From Candidatus Babelota bacterium (GTDB taxonomy: Bacteria; Babelota; Babeliae; Babelales; UASB340): a DNA stretch of 64,000 nucleotides. The stretch is taken from assembly GCA_014730005.1 (NCBI GenBank), contig WJIY01000017.1, positions 8,800 to 72,799 of the forward strand, read 5' to 3'. Made by a program: the position numbers and the translations under genes. Positions 45,058 to 54,389 of this stretch are shown here, piece after piece (the stretch's first letter is position 1; each line of letters opens with the position of its first letter). The notes under the pieces are model-generated. The model was not told the DNA's origin and made no database searches. It saw only the letters and a program-made list of their open reading frames with translations.

Positions 45058-46265
45058 CTGTTAAGATATTTTAATATTTCTTCGCCTTCTGCAATCAATG
45101 TTGATAAAGAATAATCTTGTTCTATTTTTCTTCTACAATTACAAGCTATATTAAATGCTAAATCCTTATTTTGAATTACATTCAAAATACATTGAGCAAA
45201 AGATTCTGGATCGTCGGCTATAAAAATGTCCTTTCCATTACAAACATTTAAACCTTCTGCGCCTAAAGTAGTAGAAACTATTGGCACATTACAAGCAGCT
45301 GCTTCTAAAATCTTAAATCTAGTTCCAGATTCAAACATCAAAGGAACAATTGAAACATCTGCTCCTGTTAAATAAGGTAAAACTGATACAACTTTACCTA
45401 AAATTTTTATATTCGAATCATTAATATCTGATAAAACTTTATCTGAATCATTTCCAACAATATAAAGATATATATTTGGAATCTTTTTTTTAACTAAGGG
45501 AAATACTTTTTTTATAAACCATCTTGAAGCCTTATCCATAGGACTTTTACTCGCAAAAGAACCTGCCAAATAAATGTATGGTTTCCTTAAATCAAAAGAA
45601 CAATCTCCTACTTTATAATTCTCCAAATCTATCACATTTGAAAAAATTTTTATTTTTTTCAGATCAGAAGAAATCGATCTATAATATTTTGCATCAAATT
45701 CTGAAACTGCGGTTGTAACATCACAAACATCAACCCATTCTCTTTCTTCTAATTCCTTATTTTTACCATCCAGCTCTATTTTCTTTCTACATATAGGATC
45801 ATATTCATAAGGTAATTCTCTTAGAATATATCGAGACCAAACACTATCCGTATCACAAACAAGCTTTAAATTAGAATCCAATTTTCTTATTCTTTTTATT
45901 AATTTAAAAGATATATTTCCAAAACCAAACCAAATAATATCTATATCATTTTTATGTGCATAATTAACAATAAAAGATGCATCCTTATCAATATCAGTCA
46001 TTTTTATAAAAATATTTTTTAGTTTTATAAAAATTTTATCCAATAAACAATATTCCCTAACTGATGGAGCATATACAAAAGCATGTACAAGTTTTCTAAA
46101 AAATTGTTCTGCTTCCTCTCCCCCCAAGAGCCTTTTTGTTACCCTTGAAATAACATGCAATTCAGAAATTTTATCTAACGCCTTTATTGAATTTTCTATC
46201 CGTAAAAAAGGGCCTCCAGCCGGAGGATGCTCTAAAAGATGGGAAGTAAATAAAACTTTATTCAT
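45054..46265 (-). CDS. group 1 (GT4-like) glycosyltransferase
   Basis: Motifs VSIVPLMFESGTRFKILEAAACNVPIVSTTLGAEGL are present. 403 aa. Confidence 0.8.
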   Translation of the reverse strand: MNKVLFTSHLLEHPPAGGPFLRIENSIKALDKISELHVISRVTKRLLGGEEAEQFFRKLVHAFVYAPSVREYCLLDKIFIKLKNIFIKMTDIDKDASFIVNYAHKNDIDIIWFGFGNISFKLIKRIRKLDSNLKLVCDTDSVWSRYILRELPYEYDPICRKKIELDGKNKELEEREWVDVCDVTTAVSEFDAKYYRSISSDLKKIKIFSNVIDLENYKVGDCSFDLRKPYIYLAGSFASKSPMDKASRWFIKKVFPLVKKKIPNIYLYIVGNDSDKVLSDINDSNIKILGKVVSVLPYLTGADVSIVPLMFESGTRFKILEAAACNVPIVSTTLGAEGLNVCNGKDIFIADDPESFAQCILNVIQNKDLAFNIACNCRRKIEQDYSLSTLIAEGEEILKYLNS

Positions 46266-46308
46266 TTTATGCCTTAAAAAATTTGGTCATTATAAATATA
46301 AATTAAAA

Positions 46309-47721
46309 CTATTTAGTAAATATTAATAACCTTCTCGTATCTGGATGAGAATCCAAAATCTCAATATCTTTAAAATATAATAACCCTTCTTTGATAAAAA
46401 TATCTAAATTATAACTCTGTAAATTATTTCTATTTAAATTTTTAAAAAAATCTGGCTCACTTTTTATCATTAAATCTTCTAATGATACATATTCCAAAAT
46501 TAAAGTTTTTTTCGTTAGCAGTGAAAGCAATTTAAAAACTTTTTTTATAGATATTCCTAAACCTAATACCAAATGATGAACTAATGCTAAACAAAAAACA
46601 CAATCACTTTTAAATCTCATAATAGGTGCTAAAAATAACGGATTTTTTTGAGAATTTAAAGCCTTGGAAGCATCATTAATACCATACACACTTTTGTTCA
46701 AATCACTAAAAGGTAAAAATAAAGATAATATTTTAAGATCTGTATCTTTAGAATATTTATATAATAAATCAATACATGATTCATCTACATCCGTTGCTAT
46801 TACTTTTGCTCCATGTCTGGCAGCAAGAACAGAAAACCAACCGGTATTGGCTCCTAGATCTAAAACTGTTTTAGGTTTATAAAGATCTAAAATACGATAA
46901 ACATTTTTTTGCTTGTTTTTCCAACTTGATTTTTCAGAAAAACAAAAATCTTCATTTTTATTTGAATAATAAGAATCATAATTACTTTTAATTGGTGTCA
47001 CATCTAACTTTTCCAAAAAGTTTAATAATCTCTTACAAAAAAATATAAAATCTGTTTTCCTATTGAACCTTGTATAATAAAAAAATTTAAAATATTTTAA
47101 AAAATTATATAACTTCAAATCCTTCCACGAAGGAATAACACAATCTTTAACATTGCAAGCTCTGTAACAAAGCATTCTTCTTGCAAAACTATAATTACCT
47201 CTAACCATAAAAACAAAAGGAATCAAAATAAATGGTAAAAACATTTCCTGAAAAACTATAAACCTTTTATCTTTTAATTTTATTTTTTTATCTTTAAATA
47301 ACCATTTTTCATTTATTAATTCTTTAGGTGTAACAAGGGACATAAAATCAACAAATATAGGTTTTTGGTAATCAAAAATAATATTACTAGGAATAGCATC
47401 TTTCAAGGTTAAATTATATTTGTTCAATTCTATAAATAAAGTTAAATGAAACAATAAAGCATCCTTAAACATGTTCACTGACCATTCATATGGATAAGAA
47501 ATTAAGTGCTTTTCATGTTTTAAAATAAAATCATTTTGTGAATTCAAAATATCCGTATTTACAATTCCTAATTTAGACAAATTAAAATTTTTATAAATTT
47601 CAATAATTTGTTTTGTTGTTAAAGAATATGAGGATGAGACTTTTCGTAATATGAAATCACCTCCATCATATACAACACCGTTATTGTCATACCCTACAAT
47701 CTCTTTTAAATTACTAATCAT
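46309..47721 (-). CDS. two-domain protein: conserved N-terminal domain of unknown function + class I SAM methyltransferase
   Basis: The C-terminal half carries VLDLGANTGWFSVLAARHGAKVIATDVDESCIDLL. The N-terminal ~200 aa carry ISYPYEWSVNMFKDALLFHLTL...LKDAIPSNIIFDYQKPIFVDFMS. Confidence 0.7.
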   Translation of the reverse strand: MISNLKEIVGYDNNGVVYDGGDFILRKVSSSYSLTTKQIIEIYKNFNLSKLGIVNTDILNSQNDFILKHEKHLISYPYEWSVNMFKDALLFHLTLFIELNKYNLTLKDAIPSNIIFDYQKPIFVDFMSLVTPKELINEKWLFKDKKIKLKDKRFIVFQEMFLPFILIPFVFMVRGNYSFARRMLCYRACNVKDCVIPSWKDLKLYNFLKYFKFFYYTRFNRKTDFIFFCKRLLNFLEKLDVTPIKSNYDSYYSNKNEDFCFSEKSSWKNKQKNVYRILDLYKPKTVLDLGANTGWFSVLAARHGAKVIATDVDESCIDLLYKYSKDTDLKILSLFLPFSDLNKSVYGINDASKALNSQKNPLFLAPIMRFKSDCVFCLALVHHLVLGLGISIKKVFKLLSLLTKKTLILEYVSLEDLMIKSEPDFFKNLNRNNLQSYNLDIFIKEGLLYFKDIEILDSHPDTRRLLIFTK

Positions 47722-47751
47722 ACTACTTCCAACAACCTCTTAACTAATTAA

Positions 47752-49506
47752 TTAAAAACGAGGTGATTTTGTTATTACCTTATTATTACAAACTACAGGT
47801 GGAAATCGATATTCATCTATTATATTTTTACCTTCCAATATGGAATCACAAATATAATCCCAAACTAAATTTCTACCTGGTAATAAATCTTTATGTGTAA
47901 TTTTTAAATTAATATTTTGCTTAGCATCCCAATCAAAAAGTCCCGTATCTAAATAAAGAATAAAATGGAAAATATAAAAAAATTTTTTAGCTAAAATATA
48001 TCTTTTATCTTTTTCTTCTTCTGAAATTCCCTGATTTAATAACAATTTTAAATAATCAAAATATTGCATCTTAGTTTTTGCATCAAAGGTAAATCCTTTA
48101 TTCCAATAAATAGCTTTACCTGCAGGAACAACTGGAATTTTTCTACAAACCATTTCCAATCCAACAGTTGAAGAATAAACTAAACCTAAATTAATATTCG
48201 AAAATAAATCATATACCGAAATACCAAATGAAGGATTCAATAAAAAAATATTCTCAGGTATTTTTTTAAATTTTTTTAATATTTCATCTTCAACTTTTTG
48301 CCTTGATTCAGGGAAACTTTTATGAATCTCTGCCGGATGAGATTTAATTATTAATTTCCATTGTCTATTTTTACTGAAAAAATTAATTACTTCAAATATC
48401 CATTCAAACATATCATTGAATAAATAATCAACATCCAAAACGGCTGCATCCCAAGCAACATTTGTAATCAATAAAGCAACTTTTTCTTCCCCTTTTAAAA
48501 ATTCAAAAAAAGAATGATTTTTATTTTTAACTTTTGAATCAATTCCCGTAGTATTAATAATCATGCTTTTACCGGAAGAAAAATTATTTAAATAATCATC
48601 AATTAAAAATTCCTCTTTTTTAGAAAGTTTTTTATTTTGCCAAAAATGCCAGATCTTTTCAGCGTTTTTATCCACAGGCATAGCCCTTTGATCGGTAGCA
48701 TAACACCAAGTATTCTTTTTTCCTCCAGGGCCGGATGGATAAATAGGTATTTTAAACTTTTTAGCTATTTTCTCAAAATAAAACCATGGATAATAAAATG
48801 TATTATTTGTAACAATACAAAAAGGTTTTATATCTATCAGCAAACGTTTAAATAATTCTATCAATAATATGGAATTAAACAAATAATTTTTAATTAATTC
48901 TTCACGCTCTTTTACTTTATTTTCATCAATTAAAAGCTCATTATTTCTAAGAGTTTTTAAAATTATAGATCCAACTTCTATATCATCATACTTCCAGTCA
49001 CGATAACTCGATATATCATAATTCGTTACAATATTCTCAATATTTTTTTTATCATTTGTTTTTATAAATCTGGATAAACAAATTGGCGTTTTTTCAGAAA
49101 AATTTTTCCATAAATCAAGATCTGATTTTATACATCTTTTACAATTATTTATCTTTCTAAAAAAGTCCTTTTCTTTATCACCTATATAATTTCCCCATAC
49201 TCCTCCAGCAACTGAACATTGCCCTTTTTGAACTCCACCACATATTACCGGAATAATGTGCGCTCCTCGTAAAATTAGCGATTGGCTTAATAAAAAATCA
49301 TTTATTTTATTCGGTTTATAAATCGAAAAATTTAATGTAAATAAAATCTTTTTTTGAGATAAATTTTCTCTATTATTCGTAATACTATTAACTAAGGTTC
49401 TAATTTTGATCAACTTTTTATTTAATTGATTCTCTCTATATTTCTTAATCTCATAATAAGCTTTAAGCTTAATTTTATTTAAAATTTTTTCAAATAACAC
49501 ACTCAC
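47752..49506 (-). CDS. KpsS/KpsC-like (Capsule_synth-type) glycosyltransferase candidate with N-terminal Cys motif, paralogue B
   Basis: The C-terminal half carries LLITNVAWDAAV...WKLIIKSHPAE...GLVYSSTVGLEMVCRKIPVVPAGKAIYWNKGFT. The N-terminal part carries VICGGVQKGQCS...NNCKRC. GTG start, overlapping the upstream stop by 1 nt. Confidence 0.45.
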   Translation of the reverse strand: MSVLFEKILNKIKLKAYYEIKKYRENQLNKKLIKIRTLVNSITNNRENLSQKKILFTLNFSIYKPNKINDFLLSQSLILRGAHIIPVICGGVQKGQCSVAGGVWGNYIGDKEKDFFRKINNCKRCIKSDLDLWKNFSEKTPICLSRFIKTNDKKNIENIVTNYDISSYRDWKYDDIEVGSIILKTLRNNELLIDENKVKEREELIKNYLFNSILLIELFKRLLIDIKPFCIVTNNTFYYPWFYFEKIAKKFKIPIYPSGPGGKKNTWCYATDQRAMPVDKNAEKIWHFWQNKKLSKKEEFLIDDYLNNFSSGKSMIINTTGIDSKVKNKNHSFFEFLKGEEKVALLITNVAWDAAVLDVDYLFNDMFEWIFEVINFFSKNRQWKLIIKSHPAEIHKSFPESRQKVEDEILKKFKKIPENIFLLNPSFGISVYDLFSNINLGLVYSSTVGLEMVCRKIPVVPAGKAIYWNKGFTFDAKTKMQYFDYLKLLLNQGISEEEKDKRYILAKKFFYIFHFILYLDTGLFDWDAKQNINLKITHKDLLPGRNLVWDYICDSILEGKNIIDEYRFPPVVCNNKVITKSPRF

Positions 49507-51146
49507 TAAAATTCCTTATCAACAATAACATCTTTGCCTGAAATGATAGCATCACAAATTTTATCCAAATAAATATTTTTGCCTGGTAATAATTTATCTA
49601 ATTTATTCAAATCAATATTATGATTTTTATCCAAAATACCCAAGTTCGCTGGAAGTTGTCGCTCAAAAAAATAAGAGTATACATATTTTCTTGCCAAATC
49701 TATTTGTTCTCTACTTAAAGGCTTTATCGAACTAATATTGCTCAAGATATGGAAATATTCTTCTCTTGTTTTCACATCTATAGAAAAACCTTTATCTGAA
49801 AAATGTGATTCTCCCGCCAAAATGACAGGTTTCCCAAATAACGGTAACTCAATTCCAATTGTGCCCCAAATAGTAATTCCAATATCTATTAAGTTAAAAA
49901 GACTTTGTGTATTTAATGTCAATTTTGAATCTAATATTTTTATATGAGGAGCTATAAAAGAAACTTTCTTCTTGATTTCATCTAAAACACTATAATTACT
50001 TTCTATCCTATATTCAAATGGATGGATTTTAACAAGCCAATTAACATTTTCAATTTTATTCATCCTCTTTATGGATTCAACAACCCATTCATATGAGTCA
50101 TTAAAAATCATTGCTGGAAAATCTATCCCCGCATCCCAATAAACATGAGTAAAAAGACAAGCTATTGGATAATTATTATTAATTTTTAATTTTTTTTTCA
50201 AAGAATTTTTATTCTCATAATCATCAAAAAAACAAGTATCAAAATGAGACTTATCGATATAACGACCAGAAAAAAATTTATCTAATTTATCATCTTCCAC
50301 TCGAGTTAAATCCTTTTCTTTTCTCTTTTTCCACTCAAATTCTGAAATATTTCTAAGGATTAATTTTTTTTCACTCTTAGGAGAATAATAATAATAACAA
50401 TTTGCATAACCGCTACTCCAAAAAAGACTATTTATCTTATGTTTCTTTGCTAAAAATACTGGTGCCGCATAATCCACATAATAACCATGTGATGAATAAA
50501 CTCCAAAAGGTTTCTTTTTTTTAAAAACCTCACTTGCAACATAGGCATTTACCAATGATGCATAAAAATAATTCCTATAAGCTTCATCTTCATAATTATC
50601 ATAATCTGCAGGATATCCTTTTTTATACCTTATAATAGATGACAATGCATATTCTCCAACTGGAATATCTAAATATTTATAATGTTTTATTTCGGAAATA
50701 TTTATAGAATTAGCAATTTTTTCAAATTTTTTAACTAATGATTCATCAAGATAAGAAGATCCAATGGAATAATCTAATTCAAATTTATTCAAACAATTCA
50801 CCATAGAGGTGTAACACAACTTACAATCAGTTTTTTGTTTACCTATCTCATTTTGTATACATGCTTTAGAAAAACCATCACAAATAATAAAATGAGTACG
50901 ATATCCACGCAAATTCAATGCAAAAGACACTGCTAAATTTCTACGCAAAATAGCCTCAAGCCCTCCTAACTCCCATATAATAACAACAGGCGAATCATAT
51001 CTTAATTTTACGTTATTTTTTAAGAATCTCAGAATTGTTGTAACAAATTTTTTATCTCGTTTAACCTTCAAATACCAATCTATGCGGTTCGTAAGATTAT
51101 TGAATTTTCGAAATCCAATTCTTGAAAAATTTTCTAAAAAATTCAT
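49506..51146 (-). CDS. KpsS/KpsC-like (Capsule_synth-type) glycosyltransferase candidate with N-terminal Cys motif, paralogue A
   Basis: Motifs CLFTHVYWDAGI...NWLVKIHPFE...GITIWGTIGIELPLFGKPVILAGESHFSDKGFS are present. The N-terminal part carries IICDGFSKACIQ...TDCKLC. Confidence 0.45.
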   Translation of the reverse strand: MNFLENFSRIGFRKFNNLTNRIDWYLKVKRDKKFVTTILRFLKNNVKLRYDSPVVIIWELGGLEAILRRNLAVSFALNLRGYRTHFIICDGFSKACIQNEIGKQKTDCKLCYTSMVNCLNKFELDYSIGSSYLDESLVKKFEKIANSINISEIKHYKYLDIPVGEYALSSIIRYKKGYPADYDNYEDEAYRNYFYASLVNAYVASEVFKKKKPFGVYSSHGYYVDYAAPVFLAKKHKINSLFWSSGYANCYYYYSPKSEKKLILRNISEFEWKKRKEKDLTRVEDDKLDKFFSGRYIDKSHFDTCFFDDYENKNSLKKKLKINNNYPIACLFTHVYWDAGIDFPAMIFNDSYEWVVESIKRMNKIENVNWLVKIHPFEYRIESNYSVLDEIKKKVSFIAPHIKILDSKLTLNTQSLFNLIDIGITIWGTIGIELPLFGKPVILAGESHFSDKGFSIDVKTREEYFHILSNISSIKPLSREQIDLARKYVYSYFFERQLPANLGILDKNHNIDLNKLDKLLPGKNIYLDKICDAIISGKDVIVDKEF

Positions 51147-51155
51147 TTCAATTTC

Positions 51156-51911
51156 CTACTTTCTAACTGTAATACCATTCTCACTTAATAATTTCTTTAT
51201 CTCTCTTGGTGTTTGCTCTGTAAAATGAAATATACTTGCAGCAGCAATAGCTTTTGCTCCAACATTCAAAGCGTTTAAAAAATCTTTATAACCCCCTGCC
51301 CCTCCAGAAACAATAACAGGAATTGAGACACTTTCTGTAACAAGTTTTATCAACTCCAAATCATAACCTTGCATAGTACCATCTTTATCAATACTGGTTA
51401 TCAAAATTTCTCCCGCTCCTAACCCCTCAACTCGCTTGCTCCAATCTACAACATTAATTCCCATAGGTTTTGTTCCACTACAGCTATAACATTGATAAGT
51501 ACCATCCTGTTCTTTTTTAGCATCAATGCTTACAACAATACATTGTGCACCAAAAACTTGAGATGCTTCTTTTATAAAATTAGGATTTTTATATACAAAA
51601 GTATTTATACATGCTTTATCTGCACCAGATTTAAGTAAATTTCTAATATCATCAATTGATTTAACTCCACCACCTACAGTTAAAGGAACAAAACATTCAC
51701 AAGAAAAATCTTTAATTAAATCAAAATCGGGAGCACAATTTTCTTTGGTTGCTGCAATATCTACTATAATTAACTCATCCACCTGTCGCATAGTATAAAC
51801 TTTTACTGCAGGCAAAATAGATCCAACCTTACGCCAACTATCAAATTTTACACCTTTAACCAGGTCATTATCTTTATACAGTAAAGTTGGTATTAAGCGA
51901 ACTTTAAGCAC
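51156..51911 (-). CDS. HisF-like cyclase subunit (WbuZ-type, glycan amidotransferase partner)
   Basis: Motifs RLIPTLLYKDNDLVKGVKF, LTVGGGVKSIDD and IPVIVSGGAG are present. The context with the HisH-like and WbuX-like genes points away from histidine biosynthesis. Confidence 0.8.
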   Translation of the reverse strand: MLKVRLIPTLLYKDNDLVKGVKFDSWRKVGSILPAVKVYTMRQVDELIIVDIAATKENCAPDFDLIKDFSCECFVPLTVGGGVKSIDDIRNLLKSGADKACINTFVYKNPNFIKEASQVFGAQCIVVSIDAKKEQDGTYQCYSCSGTKPMGINVVDWSKRVEGLGAGEILITSIDKDGTMQGYDLELIKLVTESVSIPVIVSGGAGGYKDFLNALNVGAKAIAAASIFHFTEQTPREIKKLLSENGITVRK

Positions 51912-51923
51912 CTTACACTCTCT

Positions 51924-52538
51924 TTAAAGATTTAAAAAATTTTTTACCAATTCAAACCCCCATGGCACACTTTTCTCTGGATGAAATTGAACTCCATAAA
52001 TATTTTCACAATTAACAGAAGAAATAATTTGACCACAATAAGGAGTAACAGTTAAAATCCCATTATTGTTTGCAGGAACAAAATGATAACTGTGCACAAA
52101 ATAAAAATCACTTTTATTAGGAATATTTTTAAATAATTCTGACTCTTTTTTGATATGAATTTCATTCCATCCAACGTGTGGAACAGATTCTTTTTCATTT
52201 TGTTTTTCTAATTTTTCAACTCTCCCAGAAATAAAACCTAATCCTTTACAAACCACACCTTCTGTTCCTACATTAGCCAAAAGTTGCATTCCCAAACAAA
52301 TGCCTAATAATGGAATTTTATTTTTCTTAACTTCTATTGCAAGGGGATCAATAAAACCTAATTTTCTCAAATTATTAATTCCGCCCCCAAAAGAACCAAC
52401 ACCCGGTAAAATAATTTTTTCAGCAGAACACAAATCCTTTGGATCATTAGATATAAATACATTAGCACCACATTCTTGCAAGAACCTTGATATAGATCCC
52501 AAATTTCCCATTCCATAATCAATTATTAAAACATTCAT
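51924..52538 (-). CDS. HisH-like glutamine amidotransferase subunit (WbuY-type)
   Basis: Motifs IIDYGMGNLGS, ILPGVGSFG, LGICLGMQLL (catalytic Cys) and GVQFHPEKS are present. Confidence 0.8.
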   Translation of the reverse strand: MNVLIIDYGMGNLGSISRFLQECGANVFISNDPKDLCSAEKIILPGVGSFGGGINNLRKLGFIDPLAIEVKKNKIPLLGICLGMQLLANVGTEGVVCKGLGFISGRVEKLEKQNEKESVPHVGWNEIHIKKESELFKNIPNKSDFYFVHSYHFVPANNNGILTVTPYCGQIISSVNCENIYGVQFHPEKSVPWGFELVKNFLNL

Positions 52539-53746
52539 AAATTATTAATATTCGCAAATTTGCTATCAGCCTTTTGAAAAAACATTTTATCTGTCCCTAT
52601 ATTTTCCGGATTATATAATTTAATTAAATTTCCATTTTTATCTTTAATTAAATTCCCTCTAGTATCAGTTTTAAATATTTTTTTATTCGTAAATTTATCA
52701 CAAATCTCAATAAATTTATCTACTGTTAAATTCAAAGGTTTTAAAATCTCTTCAAGTGGTTTGTTTAAATATGTCCAAGGAAACTTTCCATCTAATTTTT
52801 TTACAATTTCAATCGCATCAATTCTAGATAAACGACCACGTCTTAAATGTAAACAAGCAAGATCAGTAGCTCTACCAAAACCAAATTTTAAATACTTAAA
52901 ATAATCGTGTATACCAGTTTGATAGTTATCAACATTTTCATAATTAACCATCGATCCCTCCACAACACGTGAAAAAGAATTAAAACCAAAAGCTTGAGAA
53001 ATTAAAGCATTCGACAATCCATCCCAAGGGAAATAATATCCTAAAAACAAACCATTTACACCTATGGATTTTAATTGTTCATCTGAAGGGTATGTAAATG
53101 CAATTAAATCCTTTTTCTTAATACCTTCAATTCCTATAAAATCTGAAACTCTTAAACCTAATAAACCACCAAATTCTTCTAACCATCTTCTATCTAAAAG
53201 ATTATTTTGACTTGAGCAAACAGGTCCACCATATTCATTTTGTGAATTTTCACCCCAAATAATTAATGGAATTTTATAATTTACAGCAACTTGTATAGGT
53301 ATTGTAAAAATACCAATGTGTTCAGGCCAAGATATATCTCCAACCTGCATTAATCCAATTCTATTTAACTTTCTTCGTATTATTGGATTTGTGGTAAATT
53401 CTAAATAATCAACGCCTAAGTTTTTAATGTTTTCAATATTTTTTTTTCCAATTTCTGAAAGATGGCAAGTTGTTGACGTAACACATAAAGGATTCATACC
53501 TAATTGCAACATCTTAATTACTTGATAAGTGCTATCCTTCCCACCACTTACAGGCACAATACAATCCCAATTTGTTCCATCTTTAGATCTATACCGTTCT
53601 AAAATTTTTAATAATTCCTCTTTTCTTTCAGCCCAATTAACAACTTTTCTGCTTTCATAATATTCACATGCACTACAAACATCATATTCATTAAATTTTA
53701 AATCTGGCTTAGTATCTGGCATTACACATCTGCAACAGTATTTCAT
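52535..53746 (-). CDS. N-acetyl sugar amidotransferase (WbuX/WbpG/PseA-like PP-loop enzyme)
   Basis: An N-terminal Zn-ribbon (MKYCCRCVMPDTKPDLKFNEYDVCSACEYY) and a PP-loop (VPVSGGKDST) are present. 403 aa. Confidence 0.8.
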   Translation of the reverse strand: MKYCCRCVMPDTKPDLKFNEYDVCSACEYYESRKVVNWAERKEELLKILERYRSKDGTNWDCIVPVSGGKDSTYQVIKMLQLGMNPLCVTSTTCHLSEIGKKNIENIKNLGVDYLEFTTNPIIRRKLNRIGLMQVGDISWPEHIGIFTIPIQVAVNYKIPLIIWGENSQNEYGGPVCSSQNNLLDRRWLEEFGGLLGLRVSDFIGIEGIKKKDLIAFTYPSDEQLKSIGVNGLFLGYYFPWDGLSNALISQAFGFNSFSRVVEGSMVNYENVDNYQTGIHDYFKYLKFGFGRATDLACLHLRRGRLSRIDAIEIVKKLDGKFPWTYLNKPLEEILKPLNLTVDKFIEICDKFTNKKIFKTDTRGNLIKDKNGNLIKLYNPENIGTDKMFFQKADSKFANINNL

Positions 53747-53768
53747 AAAATTCTCCTGAAAGCTTTAA

Positions 53769-54389
53769 CTAAATTTTTTCGAGTAAAAACCAAGTAATAT
53801 CATCTTGAGCAAAATACTTATCGCGATGATAAGTAAAACCATAATCAACCAAAGAAACATCCTTAAATCGATCTAAAATCTCCCCGGCAAAATCACGTTT
53901 AAATAATTTGTTAACATTTCCTCTATAATCTAATACAACGGGTTTTGGATTATAATATTCCACAATACAAATATATTTATTTGAAAGCTTATGCATTAAA
54001 TCATAAGTTTGATTTAATTTTTCTGGATTTATATGAATTAAAACACCTTTAGACAAAACAAAATCATATTTATTTTTTGTAGAAAAATCTATAATAGAAT
54101 TATTATAAACCTCTATTCCTACAAATTGTCTAAGTTTTTGACAAGCATATTTATTTATCTCTATCGCACTTAACTTAATATTTGGAACCAAAGTTTTTAT
54201 GGCTTGCAAATTTAATCCTATATTTGCACCAATTTCCATTACAGAATTAATATTTTGTGTATAATTTAATATTTTAGAAAATAAAGCAATATTACTAGCT
54301 AATATCAAATCTCCTTGATTTCTATTCGTATATTCATCTCCAAATTTATCCGCCCAAAATCTTTCTTGTTCTGTTATAGGTTGCTGCAC
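53769..54389 (-). CDS. pseudaminic-acid-biosynthesis-associated methylase-like class I methyltransferase
   Basis: The N-terminus FWADKFGDEYTNRN and motif I VMEIGANIGLNL are present. It is adjacent to pseF. Confidence 0.6.
   Translation of the reverse strand: MQQPITEQERFWADKFGDEYTNRNQGDLILASNIALFSKILNYTQNINSVMEIGANIGLNLQAIKTLVPNIKLSAIEINKYACQKLRQFVGIEVYNNSIIDFSTKNKYDFVLSKGVLIHINPEKLNQTYDLMHKLSNKYICIVEYYNPKPVVLDYRGNVNKLFKRDFAGEILDRFKDVSLVDYGFTYHRDKYFAQDDITWFLLEKI

Noticed and set aside
51156-52538. hisF/hisH as histidine-biosynthesis genes
   Set aside because: They are sandwiched between a WbuX/PseA-like N-acetyl-sugar amidotransferase and glycan transferases, with no other his genes nearby. 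This is the known glycan-amidination context.
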